Below are positions 1-9,290 of a DNA stretch of 64,000 nt, piece by piece (within the stretch, counting starts at the first letter, position 1; every line of letters starts with the position of its first letter). This stretch comes from an uncultured Parabacteroides sp. Its GTDB lineage: Bacteria; Bacteroidota; Bacteroidia; Bacteroidales; Tannerellaceae. Under the pieces are notes generated by a model that saw only the letters and a program-made list of their open reading frames with translations, did no database searches and was not told where the DNA came from. Location: positions 12,382-76,381 of the forward strand of contig NZ_CAJJWO010000003.1 of NCBI RefSeq assembly GCF_905196875.1. Reading direction: 5' to 3'. Position numbers and translations under genes: made by a program.

Positions 1-12
1 AAATTTAATTTT

Positions 13-3000
13 ATGAGAAAAATTTATGCAACCTTCTTGCTGGCATTAATTTGCTGTGTTTGTTTCGCACAACTGAAAGTGAGTGGTATTGTTGTGGAAG
101 ATCCGGGTAATGAACCGCTGATTGGTGTCGCGGTTGCCGTTAAAGGAACCAATCAAGGTACTGTAACAGATGTGGATGGGAAATTTACCATCGAAGTTCC
201 AGTGGATAAAGTATTATCCTTCTCTTATTTAGGTATGGTTCCTCAGGATATTAAAGTGAAAAATAGTATGGGACCTCTTACCGTTAAAATGAAAAAAGAT
301 GCGATGAATCTGGATGAGGTCGTTGTTGTTGGTTATGGTTCTGTAAAAAAAGTGAACCTGACAGGTGCAGTTGCTTCAGTAGATAGCAAAGTCCTCGAAG
401 ACCGTCCGTTGGTCAATATCGGACAGGGTTTGCAAGGAGTAGTTCCTAACCTTGTTGTTACCCCAGGTAATAGTCGTCCGGGTAAAGGTGCTGAGTTTAA
501 CATCCGTGGTACGACATCCATCAATGGTGGTTCTCCGTTGATCCTTGTGGATGGAGTACAAATGGATATCAACTTGGTGAATCCGGAAGATGTGGAATCT
601 ATTTCCGTATTGAAGGATGCTGCTTCGTCCGCTATTTATGGTGCTCGTGCTGCTTATGGTGTAATTTTGGTTACGACTAAATCAGGTAAAAAGAATGTAG
701 CACCTCGTGTATCTTTGAAAGCTACGGTAGTATTCAACCAACCGACAGTTCTTCCACAGCCCATGAACTCTATGGAGTATGTCAACTTTATGAATATGGT
801 AGAAAGAAACTCCGGCGGTGGTGATGTGTACAGTGCGGATGTCATTAAACGTGTACAGGCTTACTATGACGATCCTGTAAATAATTTACCTGTTTATTAT
901 GATCCAACGGGAGGTAACCAACGTTATCAATATGTTGGTAATACCAACTGGGTAAAAGAAACGATCAAACCTTATAGTGTGAACCAATTATATAATGTGG
1001 ATATCAACGGTGGTTCCGAAAAGACCACTTATTATGCATCTTTGGGTATCATGGATCAAGGAGGTTTGATGAAACTGACTGATGATGTTTTTCGTAGATA
1101 TAATGCAAATATCAATGTTACTACCGAAATTACGAAGTGGCTGGAAATTTCAGCTAAAACAAAGTATTCTCATGGGGATACAGAAGGTCCTTCCGGAGGT
1201 AAATACTATGATTATAATACAGGAGTATTGGGGTATGACTTGAATCCGCTGCTGCCAGTCCGCCATCCGGATGGAAACTATTCAGGCCAGGGGTCTATTA
1301 CTAATGGCGCGGCTTTGGCTGCCCAGGGTGGTCGCACGAATGTATTAACGAACGACCTTTGGTTTACAGGAGGTGCAAAACTAACTCCGATGGCTGGTCT
1401 GACTGTTAATGCTGATTATACATTCAACTATTATTCACGTGATTATAAGCGTCATGATCGTAGTTATAAAGAGTATCTTGCTGTTCCTGGTGTATATGTA
1501 ATGTTCCCTCATACTAATCCGAATAGAGTAACCCAGTATAACAATGCAGATTATTATTCAGCATTCAATGCTTATGCAGATTATACCAAGCAATTGGGTA
1601 AACACGGCTTAAAAGCAATGATCGGTTATAATCAGGAAACCAAAAAGTATTCAGGTTATGGCGTAAGCCGTACAAATCTGATCAATAATGAATTGCCATT
1701 TTTAGGACTGGCTACGGGTACTATGAACATTTACACAAGTAATGTCGGTTCATGGAATTCTAATATACCGGAAGATCTTCCCAGTGATAATGAATTAGTA
1801 AAAAATGCAAACCAGGAATGGGCGATACAGGGATATTTCTTTCGTTTGAATTATAACTATGACGATCGTTATTTGTTAGAAGTGAACGGACGTTATGACG
1901 GATCATCGCGTTTCCCATCTTCAGGACGTTGGGCTTTTTTCCCATCTTTCTCGGCAGCTTGGCGTTTGTCTAAAGAATCATTCATGGAAGGAACAAAAGG
2001 TTTTCTGGACGATCTGAAATTTCGTGTATCTTATGGTGAATTAGGTAACCAGAATATCGGAAACTTTGATTACATGCCGTCTATGCCTACAAATACTAAT
2101 TTCCAGTATATCTTCGGTAATTCTCAACCGGTGGCTGTTACAGCTCCAGGGCTTGTAAATCCTAATTTTACCTGGGAGACTGTAAGACAGGTTGACTTAG
2201 GTCTTGACTTCACTATATTGCAGAACCGTTTGAAAGGAACATTCGATTGGTATAACCGTTATACTCTGAACATGCTAACTTCTCCGGCTCCGCTACCTAA
2301 CGTACTTGGAGCAGGACAACCGGGTGATAATGCGGCCGATCTGAAGACTTACGGCTGGGAAGTGTCTCTGAACTGGAATGATGTGATTAAGAGTTGTGAT
2401 TTATATTATAACATAGGTGTTGTATTATCAGACAACCAAACGAAACTTACCCGCTTTGATGTAACTGACCCTGCTATTGGTGCTAACCGTCCGGGTAAGA
2501 TGTGGGGTGAAATCTGGGGATACACTTCTGATGGATTTTTTCAGACGGATGAAGAAGCTGCAGCTGCCAATCAAAGTCAGCTTTATGGTGGAAAATGGTA
2601 TGCCGGTGATGTCCGCTATAAGGATTTAAATGGAGATGGTAAAATTTCGAATGGAAAAGGAACAGTGGCTGATCCGGGTGATATGAAGATTATCGGTAAT
2701 ACAACTCCCCGTTATTCTTTTGGTATTACAGGTGGTGCACAATGGAAAGGGATTGGTCTGCAATTGTTCTTCCAGGGAGTTGCTAAACGAGATGTTCCTC
2801 CCGAAGGGAACTTCTATGGTGCTCGTCGCGAAGTGGCTCCGTTTAAATCAGCTTTGGATTACTGGACTCCGGAAAATCCGAATGCCCGTATTGCCCGACA
2901 GAGCTACAGTAATGGAAACAGGCAAACTCAGACCGGTACGTTGCAGAATGCGGCTTATATGCGTCTGAAATCGCTGACATTGTCTTATGACCTTCCTAAG

Positions 3001-3168
3001 CAGTGGGTATCTGTAGTTAAGATGCAGAATGTGAGAGTTTATTTCACAGGTGAAAATATGTTCACTTTGACGAAGCTATATCGTGATTATGACCCTGAGC
3101 AGACAGATAATATTTACGCATATCCTTTGGCTCGGATGTACTCATTAGGTTTAAATGTTATTTTCTAA
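13..3168 (+). CDS. SusC/RagA-family TonB-dependent transporter
   Basis: 1051 aa. Signal peptide, CarboxypepD_reg-like N-domain (GTVTDVDGKF), plug motif ISVLKDAASSAIYGARAAYGVILVTTK, RYDGSSRF, C-terminal Phe. Confidence 0.95.
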   Translation: MRKIYATFLLALICCVCFAQLKVSGIVVEDPGNEPLIGVAVAVKGTNQGTVTDVDGKFTIEVPVDKVLSFSYLGMVPQDIKVKNSMGPLTVKMKKDAMNLDEVVVVGYGSVKKVNLTGAVASVDSKVLEDRPLVNIGQGLQGVVPNLVVTPGNSRPGKGAEFNIRGTTSINGGSPLILVDGVQMDINLVNPEDVESISVLKDAASSAIYGARAAYGVILVTTKSGKKNVAPRVSLKATVVFNQPTVLPQPMNSMEYVNFMNMVERNSGGGDVYSADVIKRVQAYYDDPVNNLPVYYDPTGGNQRYQYVGNTNWVKETIKPYSVNQLYNVDINGGSEKTTYYASLGIMDQGGLMKLTDDVFRRYNANINVTTEITKWLEISAKTKYSHGDTEGPSGGKYYDYNTGVLGYDLNPLLPVRHPDGNYSGQGSITNGAALAAQGGRTNVLTNDLWFTGGAKLTPMAGLTVNADYTFNYYSRDYKRHDRSYKEYLAVPGVYVMFPHTNPNRVTQYNNADYYSAFNAYADYTKQLGKHGLKAMIGYNQETKKYSGYGVSRTNLINNELPFLGLATGTMNIYTSNVGSWNSNIPEDLPSDNELVKNANQEWAIQGYFFRLNYNYDDRYLLEVNGRYDGSSRFPSSGRWAFFPSFSAAWRLSKESFMEGTKGFLDDLKFRVSYGELGNQNIGNFDYMPSMPTNTNFQYIFGNSQPVAVTAPGLVNPNFTWETVRQVDLGLDFTILQNRLKGTFDWYNRYTLNMLTSPAPLPNVLGAGQPGDNAADLKTYGWEVSLNWNDVIKSCDLYYNIGVVLSDNQTKLTRFDVTDPAIGANRPGKMWGEIWGYTSDGFFQTDEEAAAANQSQLYGGKWYAGDVRYKDLNGDGKISNGKGTVADPGDMKIIGNTTPRYSFGITGGAQWKGIGLQLFFQGVAKRDVPPEGNFYGARREVAPFKSALDYWTPENPNARIARQSYSNGNRQTQTGTLQNAAYMRLKSLTLSYDLPKQWVSVVKMQNVRVYFTGENMFTLTKLYRDYDPEQTDNIYAYPLARMYSLGLNVIF

Positions 3169-3195
3169 AACTAATATCGTAATACATTGATAAAT

Positions 3196-4959
3196 ATGAA
3201 AAAGATAATATATTCAATTATAGCAGTTTTAGCATTCTTTTTTAATGCCTGCGACTTCACGGATGTGACTCCGGAAGAAAGATTGTCTGATGTAAATTTC
3301 TGGAAAAGTACGACAGATCTGGAATTATATTGTAATAATTTCTATACAAATTTCGATGCGGCTAATCCTACTTACGATAAAGTCAGTGACAACCGTTATG
3401 GTAATATTCCCGATAACTGGTTGTTGGATCAGGTTTCGAACAATGACGGAACTTATACTGGTAATTGGAATTGGGAAACAATCAAGAAAGCAAACTATTT
3501 TATGACCCATTATCAAACGGCAGAAGGGACTGAAGCAGATATTAACCAATATGTTGGAGAAGTCCGTTTTTTTCGTGCGATGGACTATTTCAAGAAGGTC
3601 AAACTGTTTGGCGATGTACCTTGGTTTGATAAAGATCTGAATATTAACGATACTGAGTTACTTTATAAGGCACGTGATCCTCGTTCAATGATTGTCGACA
3701 AAATTATCGAAGATCTGGAGTGGGCAGCTGCTAATATGAAAACAAAAAGTAAAGTAACGGCCGGTCGTTTGCACAATATGGCTGCTTATCAGATGTTGGC
3801 ACGTGTTTGCCTGCATGAAGGTACTTATGCTAAATATCACGGAACTCCGGGAATTGATTCGAATGCTTTAATCCGTAAAGCTGCAGAAGCTGCTAAAAAA
3901 GTGATGGATGAAGGTGGATTCAGTATTTTTAAACAGGATATGCCTGAGATGTATAAAGCAGTTTTCAAAGATCCTTCTTTGCCTCAGTTTGATGGAAAGA
4001 CGTTCCCCATGTATTATTACAGTGCATTCAACCAGGTAGACCTGACAAACAATCCAGAAGCTGTGTTATGCCGTATTTATATAACCAATGTAGTTATGCA
4101 TAACACTCCACGCGTATTGGCAGAATGGGGTGTCGGTATGAGTAAGGATTTGGCAGATAGCTATTTGTGTGAAGACGGTCTTCCCATCTCAATGAGTCCA
4201 TTATATTTGGGCGACGACTCAATTACGCTCGAAGTGCTTAATCGCGATCCGCGTATGCGCCAGACATTTCAGAATAAAACGGCTATGGTTTCTTATGATA
4301 ATGGCAAAGTGAGTGTATCTGGAACCACATCTGTGGCTCCTGCAGCCAACCCCGGAGGATATGCCAATATGAAGTTTGGTCATCCGGATTTGATTTATCA
4401 ACAGCCTGCTGGTTGTGATATTGACTGGTACCTTTTCCGCTATGCTGAAGTATTGCTTATTTATGCAGAGGCAAAAGCTGAACTGGGAGAATGTACTCAG
4501 GATATACTTGACCAGACAATTAACCAATTGCGTGATCGTGTTGATATGGCTCATCTGAAAGAAAACGTCGGCTTTACAGATCCTAATTGGCCAAACTACG
4601 GATATACAATTAGTCCGTTACTTCAGGAAATCCGTCGTGAACGTCGCATTGAGTTGGTAAACGAAGGCTTCCGCTACGATGATATCATACGTTGGGGAGC
4701 TGCTGAAGCTATCTTTAATCATAATCCGAAGATTATGTTGGGTATCGTTGTAAATGACGATGTGATAAAACGTTATCCGGAAAACACATTTGGAGAAGGT
4801 AAAGTTGAATTGATGGAAATTGGTGGAAAGAAATATGTCAGACCTTATCCGGGACTGACAACTTATAAATGGACTGATCGCCATTACCTATATCCATTGC
4901 CTCAGGATCAGTTACAGATCAACAAGAATTTAACACAGAATCCCGGCTGGGAAGACTAA
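3196..4959 (+). CDS. SusD/RagB-family lipoprotein
   Basis: MKK start with lipobox FNAC; GEVRFFRA, FRYAEVLLIYAEA, ERRIELVNEGFRYDDIIRW, QNPGW. ATG at 3196 preferred over TTG at 3187. Confidence 0.95.
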   Translation: MKKIIYSIIAVLAFFFNACDFTDVTPEERLSDVNFWKSTTDLELYCNNFYTNFDAANPTYDKVSDNRYGNIPDNWLLDQVSNNDGTYTGNWNWETIKKANYFMTHYQTAEGTEADINQYVGEVRFFRAMDYFKKVKLFGDVPWFDKDLNINDTELLYKARDPRSMIVDKIIEDLEWAAANMKTKSKVTAGRLHNMAAYQMLARVCLHEGTYAKYHGTPGIDSNALIRKAAEAAKKVMDEGGFSIFKQDMPEMYKAVFKDPSLPQFDGKTFPMYYYSAFNQVDLTNNPEAVLCRIYITNVVMHNTPRVLAEWGVGMSKDLADSYLCEDGLPISMSPLYLGDDSITLEVLNRDPRMRQTFQNKTAMVSYDNGKVSVSGTTSVAPAANPGGYANMKFGHPDLIYQQPAGCDIDWYLFRYAEVLLIYAEAKAELGECTQDILDQTINQLRDRVDMAHLKENVGFTDPNWPNYGYTISPLLQEIRRERRIELVNEGFRYDDIIRWGAAEAIFNHNPKIMLGIVVNDDVIKRYPENTFGEGKVELMEIGGKKYVRPYPGLTTYKWTDRHYLYPLPQDQLQINKNLTQNPGWED

Positions 4960-4982
4960 TCTTGGATCTTTATAGATAAATC

Positions 4983-5027
4983 AACCCCTGTAAGCCATTT
5001 GTTTTGGTTCGCAGGGGTTTTCTCTTG
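4983..5027 (+). terminator. Probable intrinsic terminator after susD
   Basis: AACCCCTG...CAGGGGTT stem followed by TTCTCTT. Confidence 0.7.
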
Positions 5028-5160
5028 TGTTTTACTTATTAATAAACTCCAAATTAACCAAAATCAAAGAACAATTGCCGGTAGCAGCTGTTTTTTGCCA
5101 TACAAATCGACGCACGAATGTCGGTTGCGCCAATTCTTAAATAATTAAAAACAAAAAGAC

Positions 5161-6600
5161 ATGAAAGATTCAAGTTTTAGAGAAGGTGATGCCAAAACAG
5201 CTATTTTTGGCTCGAATGCGATGTTGCACCCAGCTCCGGTAGATGTGATTCCCGATGGTCCTACCACTCCGGAAATTGCTTACCAGATGGTAAAAGACGA
5301 AACTTTTGCCCAGACTCAACCCCGTCTGAACTTGGCTACATTCGTTACCACCTGGATGGATGATTATGCAACGAAGTTGATGAATGAAGCGATCAACATC
5401 AACTATATCGACGAAACTGAGTATCCGCGTATCGCCGTGATGAATGCCAAATGTATCAACATCATGGCTAACCTGTGGAACAGCCCCGAGCAGGCACAGT
5501 GGAAAGCCGGTGCCCTGGCGATCGGTTCTTCCGAAGCATGTATGTTGGGGGGTGTTGCTGCCTGGTTGCGTTGGCGCGAAAGAAGAATAGCACAAGGCAA
5601 ACCGACCGACAAGCCTAACTTCGTTATCTCTGCCGGTTTTCAGGTGGTATGGGAAAAGTTCGCCCAATTGTGGCAGATCGAAATGCGCCAGGTGCCGTTG
5701 ACACAGGAACATATCACACTCGATCCGCAGGAAGCCCTGAAGTATTGTGATGAAAATACCATCTGTATCGTTCCTATTCAGGGTGTTACATGGACAGGTC
5801 TGAACGACGATGTGGAAGCTTTGGACGCCGCCCTCGACGAATACAATGCAAAAACAGGTTACGAAATCTGTATCCACGTGGATGCAGCTTCCGGTGGCTT
5901 CATCCTGCCGTTCCTGAAACCCGAAGTGAAATGGGACTTCCGCCTGAAATGGGTACTTTCCATCAGCACTTCCGGACACAAATTTGGTCTGGTATATCCG
6001 GGCTTAGGATGGGTTGTATGGAAAGACAAGAAATACCTGCCGGGCTCCATGTCTTTCAGTGTTAATTATTTAGGTGCAAACATCACTCAGGTCGGTTTGA
6101 ACTTCTCTCGTCCTGCCGCACAGATACTGGGACAATACTACCAGTTCATCCGTTTGGGCTTCCAGGGTTATAAGGAAGTACAGCAGAACAGTATGGCTGT
6201 TGCCGACTATCTGCACGCTGAAATCGCTAAGATGGCTCCGTTCCAGAACTACAGCAAAGAAGTGGTGAACCCGCTGTTCATCTGGTACCTGAAACCGGAG
6301 TATGCTAAGACTGCTAAATGGACATTGTACGACCTGCAGGATAAACTGAAACAGAGCGGATGGATGGTTCCGGCTTATACGTTACCTGAAAACCTCGAAA
6401 ACTGGGTCGTTATGCGTATCGTTGTCCGCCAGGGATTCAGCCGCGACATGGCAGACCAGTTACTGGGCGACATCAGCAATGCCATCACCGATCTGGAAAA
6501 ACTGGAATATCCGACTCCGACCCGCATCGCACAGGACAGACAACAACCTGTCAAAGGTTCTGTCTTTACACATACAGGAACTCCTAAATCAACTAAATAA
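5161..6600 (+). CDS. gadB: Glutamate decarboxylase (PLP-dependent)
   Basis: RLNLATFVTT, IDETEYP, GSSEACMLGG, HVDAASGGF, PLP-lysine motif STSGHKFG. Confidence 0.95.
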   Translation: MKDSSFREGDAKTAIFGSNAMLHPAPVDVIPDGPTTPEIAYQMVKDETFAQTQPRLNLATFVTTWMDDYATKLMNEAININYIDETEYPRIAVMNAKCINIMANLWNSPEQAQWKAGALAIGSSEACMLGGVAAWLRWRERRIAQGKPTDKPNFVISAGFQVVWEKFAQLWQIEMRQVPLTQEHITLDPQEALKYCDENTICIVPIQGVTWTGLNDDVEALDAALDEYNAKTGYEICIHVDAASGGFILPFLKPEVKWDFRLKWVLSISTSGHKFGLVYPGLGWVVWKDKKYLPGSMSFSVNYLGANITQVGLNFSRPAAQILGQYYQFIRLGFQGYKEVQQNSMAVADYLHAEIAKMAPFQNYSKEVVNPLFIWYLKPEYAKTAKWTLYDLQDKLKQSGWMVPAYTLPENLENWVVMRIVVRQGFSRDMADQLLGDISNAITDLEKLEYPTPTRIAQDRQQPVKGSVFTHTGTPKSTK

Positions 6601-6608
6601 TTTGTCGT

Positions 6609-7574
6609 ATGGATAAGAAGATTTCCGTTTCACAAATAAAAGAAGCGGCTCAGGAGGCCTACGAAAAGTTTAAGACGAATACGGGAGGCAAGAATGCCGA
6701 TTATATCCCTTACCTGGCTAATATAGATAAGAACTTGTTCGGTATCAGCATTTGCCTGATGGACGGGACAGTGATCCAGCTGGGCGACTCCGAATATCGT
6801 TTTGGTATCGAGTCGGTATCTAAAGTGCATACAGCAATACTGGCTCTGCGTCAGTACGGTGCGGAGAAGTTGCTGGAAATGATCGGTGCCGATGCAACCG
6901 GCTTGCCTTTCAACTCGATCATGGCGATCCTGCTGGAAAAGGATCATCCTTCCACTCCGCTGGTCAATGCCGGTGCGATTACTGCCGATAGTATGGTGCA
7001 GCCGATCGGCGACTCTGCGAAGAAATGGGAGGCCATCGTAGCCAACATCACCGATCTTTGCGGCAGTGCACCGCAACTGATCGACGAGCTTTATAAATCG
7101 GAGTCGGCCACCAACTTCAACAACCGCTCTATTGCCTGGCTGCTGAAGAACTACAACCGTATCTACGACGATCCGGATATGTCGCTCGACCTGTATACCC
7201 GTCAGTGCTCGTTAGGAATTACAGCCGCTCAATTATCTATCTGCGGCGCGACGATTGCCAACGATGGGCTGAACCCGGTATCGAAAAAACAGATATTCGA
7301 CGCTTCCCTGTCGCCAAAGATCACCTCGTTGATCGCTACCGTAGGTTTTTACGAACATACCGGCGACTGGTTATATACTTCCGGTATCCCTGCCAAGACA
7401 GGTGTAGGCGGTGGTGTGATGGGCGTAATGCCCGGCCTGTTCGGTATCTCTGCTTTTGCACCTCCGATCGACAGCGCAGGAAACTCCGTGAAAGCTCAGT
7501 TGGCTATCAAATATATAATGAATAAGCTGGGTCTGTCCATTTTTAATGGCGACCGAGTAACAATTACTGAATAG
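6609..7574 (+). CDS. glsA: Glutaminase A
   Basis: GKNADYIPYLA, catalytic IESVSK, PLVNAGAI, PAKTGVGGG, GNSVKA; 8 nt after gadB. Confidence 0.95.
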   Translation: MDKKISVSQIKEAAQEAYEKFKTNTGGKNADYIPYLANIDKNLFGISICLMDGTVIQLGDSEYRFGIESVSKVHTAILALRQYGAEKLLEMIGADATGLPFNSIMAILLEKDHPSTPLVNAGAITADSMVQPIGDSAKKWEAIVANITDLCGSAPQLIDELYKSESATNFNNRSIAWLLKNYNRIYDDPDMSLDLYTRQCSLGITAAQLSICGATIANDGLNPVSKKQIFDASLSPKITSLIATVGFYEHTGDWLYTSGIPAKTGVGGGVMGVMPGLFGISAFAPPIDSAGNSVKAQLAIKYIMNKLGLSIFNGDRVTITE

Positions 7575-7596
7575 AACAGTTTATTCTTTTAATTGG

Positions 7597-7640
7597 CAAG
7601 CCTCCTTATCCCTCGTTCAGAGGGCGGGAGGCTTGTTTGG
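7597..7640. terminator. Terminator hairpin between glsA and the convergent hipA
   Basis: CAAGCCTCC..CCCT / AGGG..GGAGGCTTG stem followed by TTT. Confidence 0.7.
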
Positions 7641-7679
7641 TTACTATATTTCAATTATTTCTATAATTACCATATCGTT

Positions 7680-7760
7680 ATGGATAAAACAACCTTCTTC
7701 ACCTACGCCGACACGCTGGTGAAACATAAACGCAAGGCGGGCAAACATGCTATTTATTAG
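7680..7760 (+). pseudogene. Probable N-terminal remnant of a Bacteroidales tyrosine recombinase (phage integrase SAM-like start)
   Basis: 26-codon ORF MDKTTFFTYADTLVKHKRKAGKHAIY*. It resembles the FFxY..(L)K..GK.. opening of Bacteroidetes integrase SAM-like domains and ends at the hipA stop. Confidence 0.45.
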
Positions 7761-8866
7761 AGATCATGCCATTTCTTTAACATGATCTTTTCACAATTTG
7801 AGTATACCTGATCAAACAGTTCTTTGCACTTTTTACGGAGAAGGCGCATACGGGTTCCAGCTTCAATCATATCGTTATAATCGGGAAGACCTTTCCCGTT
7901 GATAAGCGTAGTATGTTCGCCACCATAGCCTTCATCCGAGCGGGTGAGATCGTAGGCGGGTGATAATTGCCAACCGTTATTGATATATAAAAAGGCAAAG
8001 TTCTTGGCATGGTCGTCTTTATTACCGGTCAATACGTTGAATACCATCCGACGAAACATTTCTTCCACCTGTGATTGCTGCTTGGTTAAATAGCTGGTTG
8101 CCTGCATTAAAGCGATATAATCGAGAGAGGGGTAGCGAAAGTCCACGTCCAGTAATCCGGCTACGGTGAGGGTGTGAATACGTTGTCCGTTGTGGATGTC
8201 GAAACGTTTTACACCAAAGTACTTCCCTTCGAACAATCTTGTTTCCGGCATATTGATACCACAAGCTTTGGCTGTAAGTGAATATTGATATTCTTTCTGT
8301 CCCATATCCGACGGATCATAAGTATGCCTGAATTTGATTAACCAGGATTCACCATCTACATTGAGCAGGCATTTGGGACGACATCCACCTGAGTTTCCGC
8401 TGTTGTGGTATAAAATATCGATGTTATCCAACGATTTTTCATTTAAGACATCATCTGCCAGTTGTTGTAGGGAGTCGAGGCTGGGAAGTTTCTTAGATAT
8501 ACCGACTGCTGTCTCCGGTAAATAACATAAGGCTCCCATACCACTTGAGCCTACAATACTTAGGCGTTGCAGTGGATTTAAAGTAAAGTCGTCGATGCCT
8601 TCTTTCAAAAGCATCTTATGGAGTAAATATCTACCATAGCCATCCGGCAGGCTGTCGGCAAATACACCGAAATTGCCGTAAAACGGTGTTGAAGGCGCTT
8701 CAAATAATTGGTTTGTGAGAGGTAATTTTAGGGGAGATATTGAGAAACCGTCAGTAAGCCATTTTTTGTCATACTGAAATATACAGTTACCTTTGGGAGA
8801 GATGGCTATCATACCTACAAGCCTGTCATGATAGTATACATTTAGTTTGGAGATTTCACGTATCAT
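7757..8866 (-). CDS. hipA: HipA-family Ser/Thr kinase toxin
   Basis: N-terminal couple_hipA-like region (FQYDKKWL..GFSISP..LPL, DSLPDGYG), SGGCRPK P-loop, KRFD, GNKDDHAKNF catalytic motif, LSPAYDL. Confidence 0.93.
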   Translation of the reverse strand: MIREISKLNVYYHDRLVGMIAISPKGNCIFQYDKKWLTDGFSISPLKLPLTNQLFEAPSTPFYGNFGVFADSLPDGYGRYLLHKMLLKEGIDDFTLNPLQRLSIVGSSGMGALCYLPETAVGISKKLPSLDSLQQLADDVLNEKSLDNIDILYHNSGNSGGCRPKCLLNVDGESWLIKFRHTYDPSDMGQKEYQYSLTAKACGINMPETRLFEGKYFGVKRFDIHNGQRIHTLTVAGLLDVDFRYPSLDYIALMQATSYLTKQQSQVEEMFRRMVFNVLTGNKDDHAKNFAFLYINNGWQLSPAYDLTRSDEGYGGEHTTLINGKGLPDYNDMIEAGTRMRLLRKKCKELFDQVYSNCEKIMLKKWHDL

Positions 8867-9180
8867 ATTCTCCCTCTCTTTCTGGATTTATTGGTATTGA
8901 TGTCATTCAGTTCCTCGATAGTTGTATACCGGGGTGTTTCCATTAATTTCAGCAACTCTTCGGAGTATCCGAGGGCGACGGCAATAGCAATGAAAGATTC
9001 CAGAGATATCTTACCTTCATCTTCGAATTTACGTAAGGTGGCAGCGCTGACTCCAGATAGCTCTGCCAGTTTATTTCTGGAGAGATTCTTTTCGAGCCTG
9101 CGCTGTTTAATACGGGCGGCATATTCTGTTATTATATCTTCGCTACGGGTAATTCCCGGTATAAATTTAATATACATCAT
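8863..9180 (-). CDS. HipB-like XRE-family HTH antitoxin
   Basis: RIKQRRLEKNLSRNKLAELSGVSAATLRKFEDEGKISL HTH; 4-nt stop/start overlap with hipA. Confidence 0.88.
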   Translation of the reverse strand: MMYIKFIPGITRSEDIITEYAARIKQRRLEKNLSRNKLAELSGVSAATLRKFEDEGKISLESFIAIAVALGYSEELLKLMETPRYTTIEELNDINTNKSRKRGRI

Positions 9181-9236
9181 TGTATCAAATAAGTTGCTAT
9201 ATGTAACATTAATGCTATAATGGTATCAATAATATG

Positions 9237-9244
9237 CAAATATA
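9237..9244 (-). promoter_or_regulatory. Bacteroidetes primary-sigma -7 element for hipBA
   Basis: TATATTTG on the minus strand matches TAnnTTTG, about 57 nt upstream of hipB. Confidence 0.55.
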
Positions 9245-9290
9245 GGCAACTTATCTGAGACAATACCGGATTTGGTATCATTTTCCTTAT

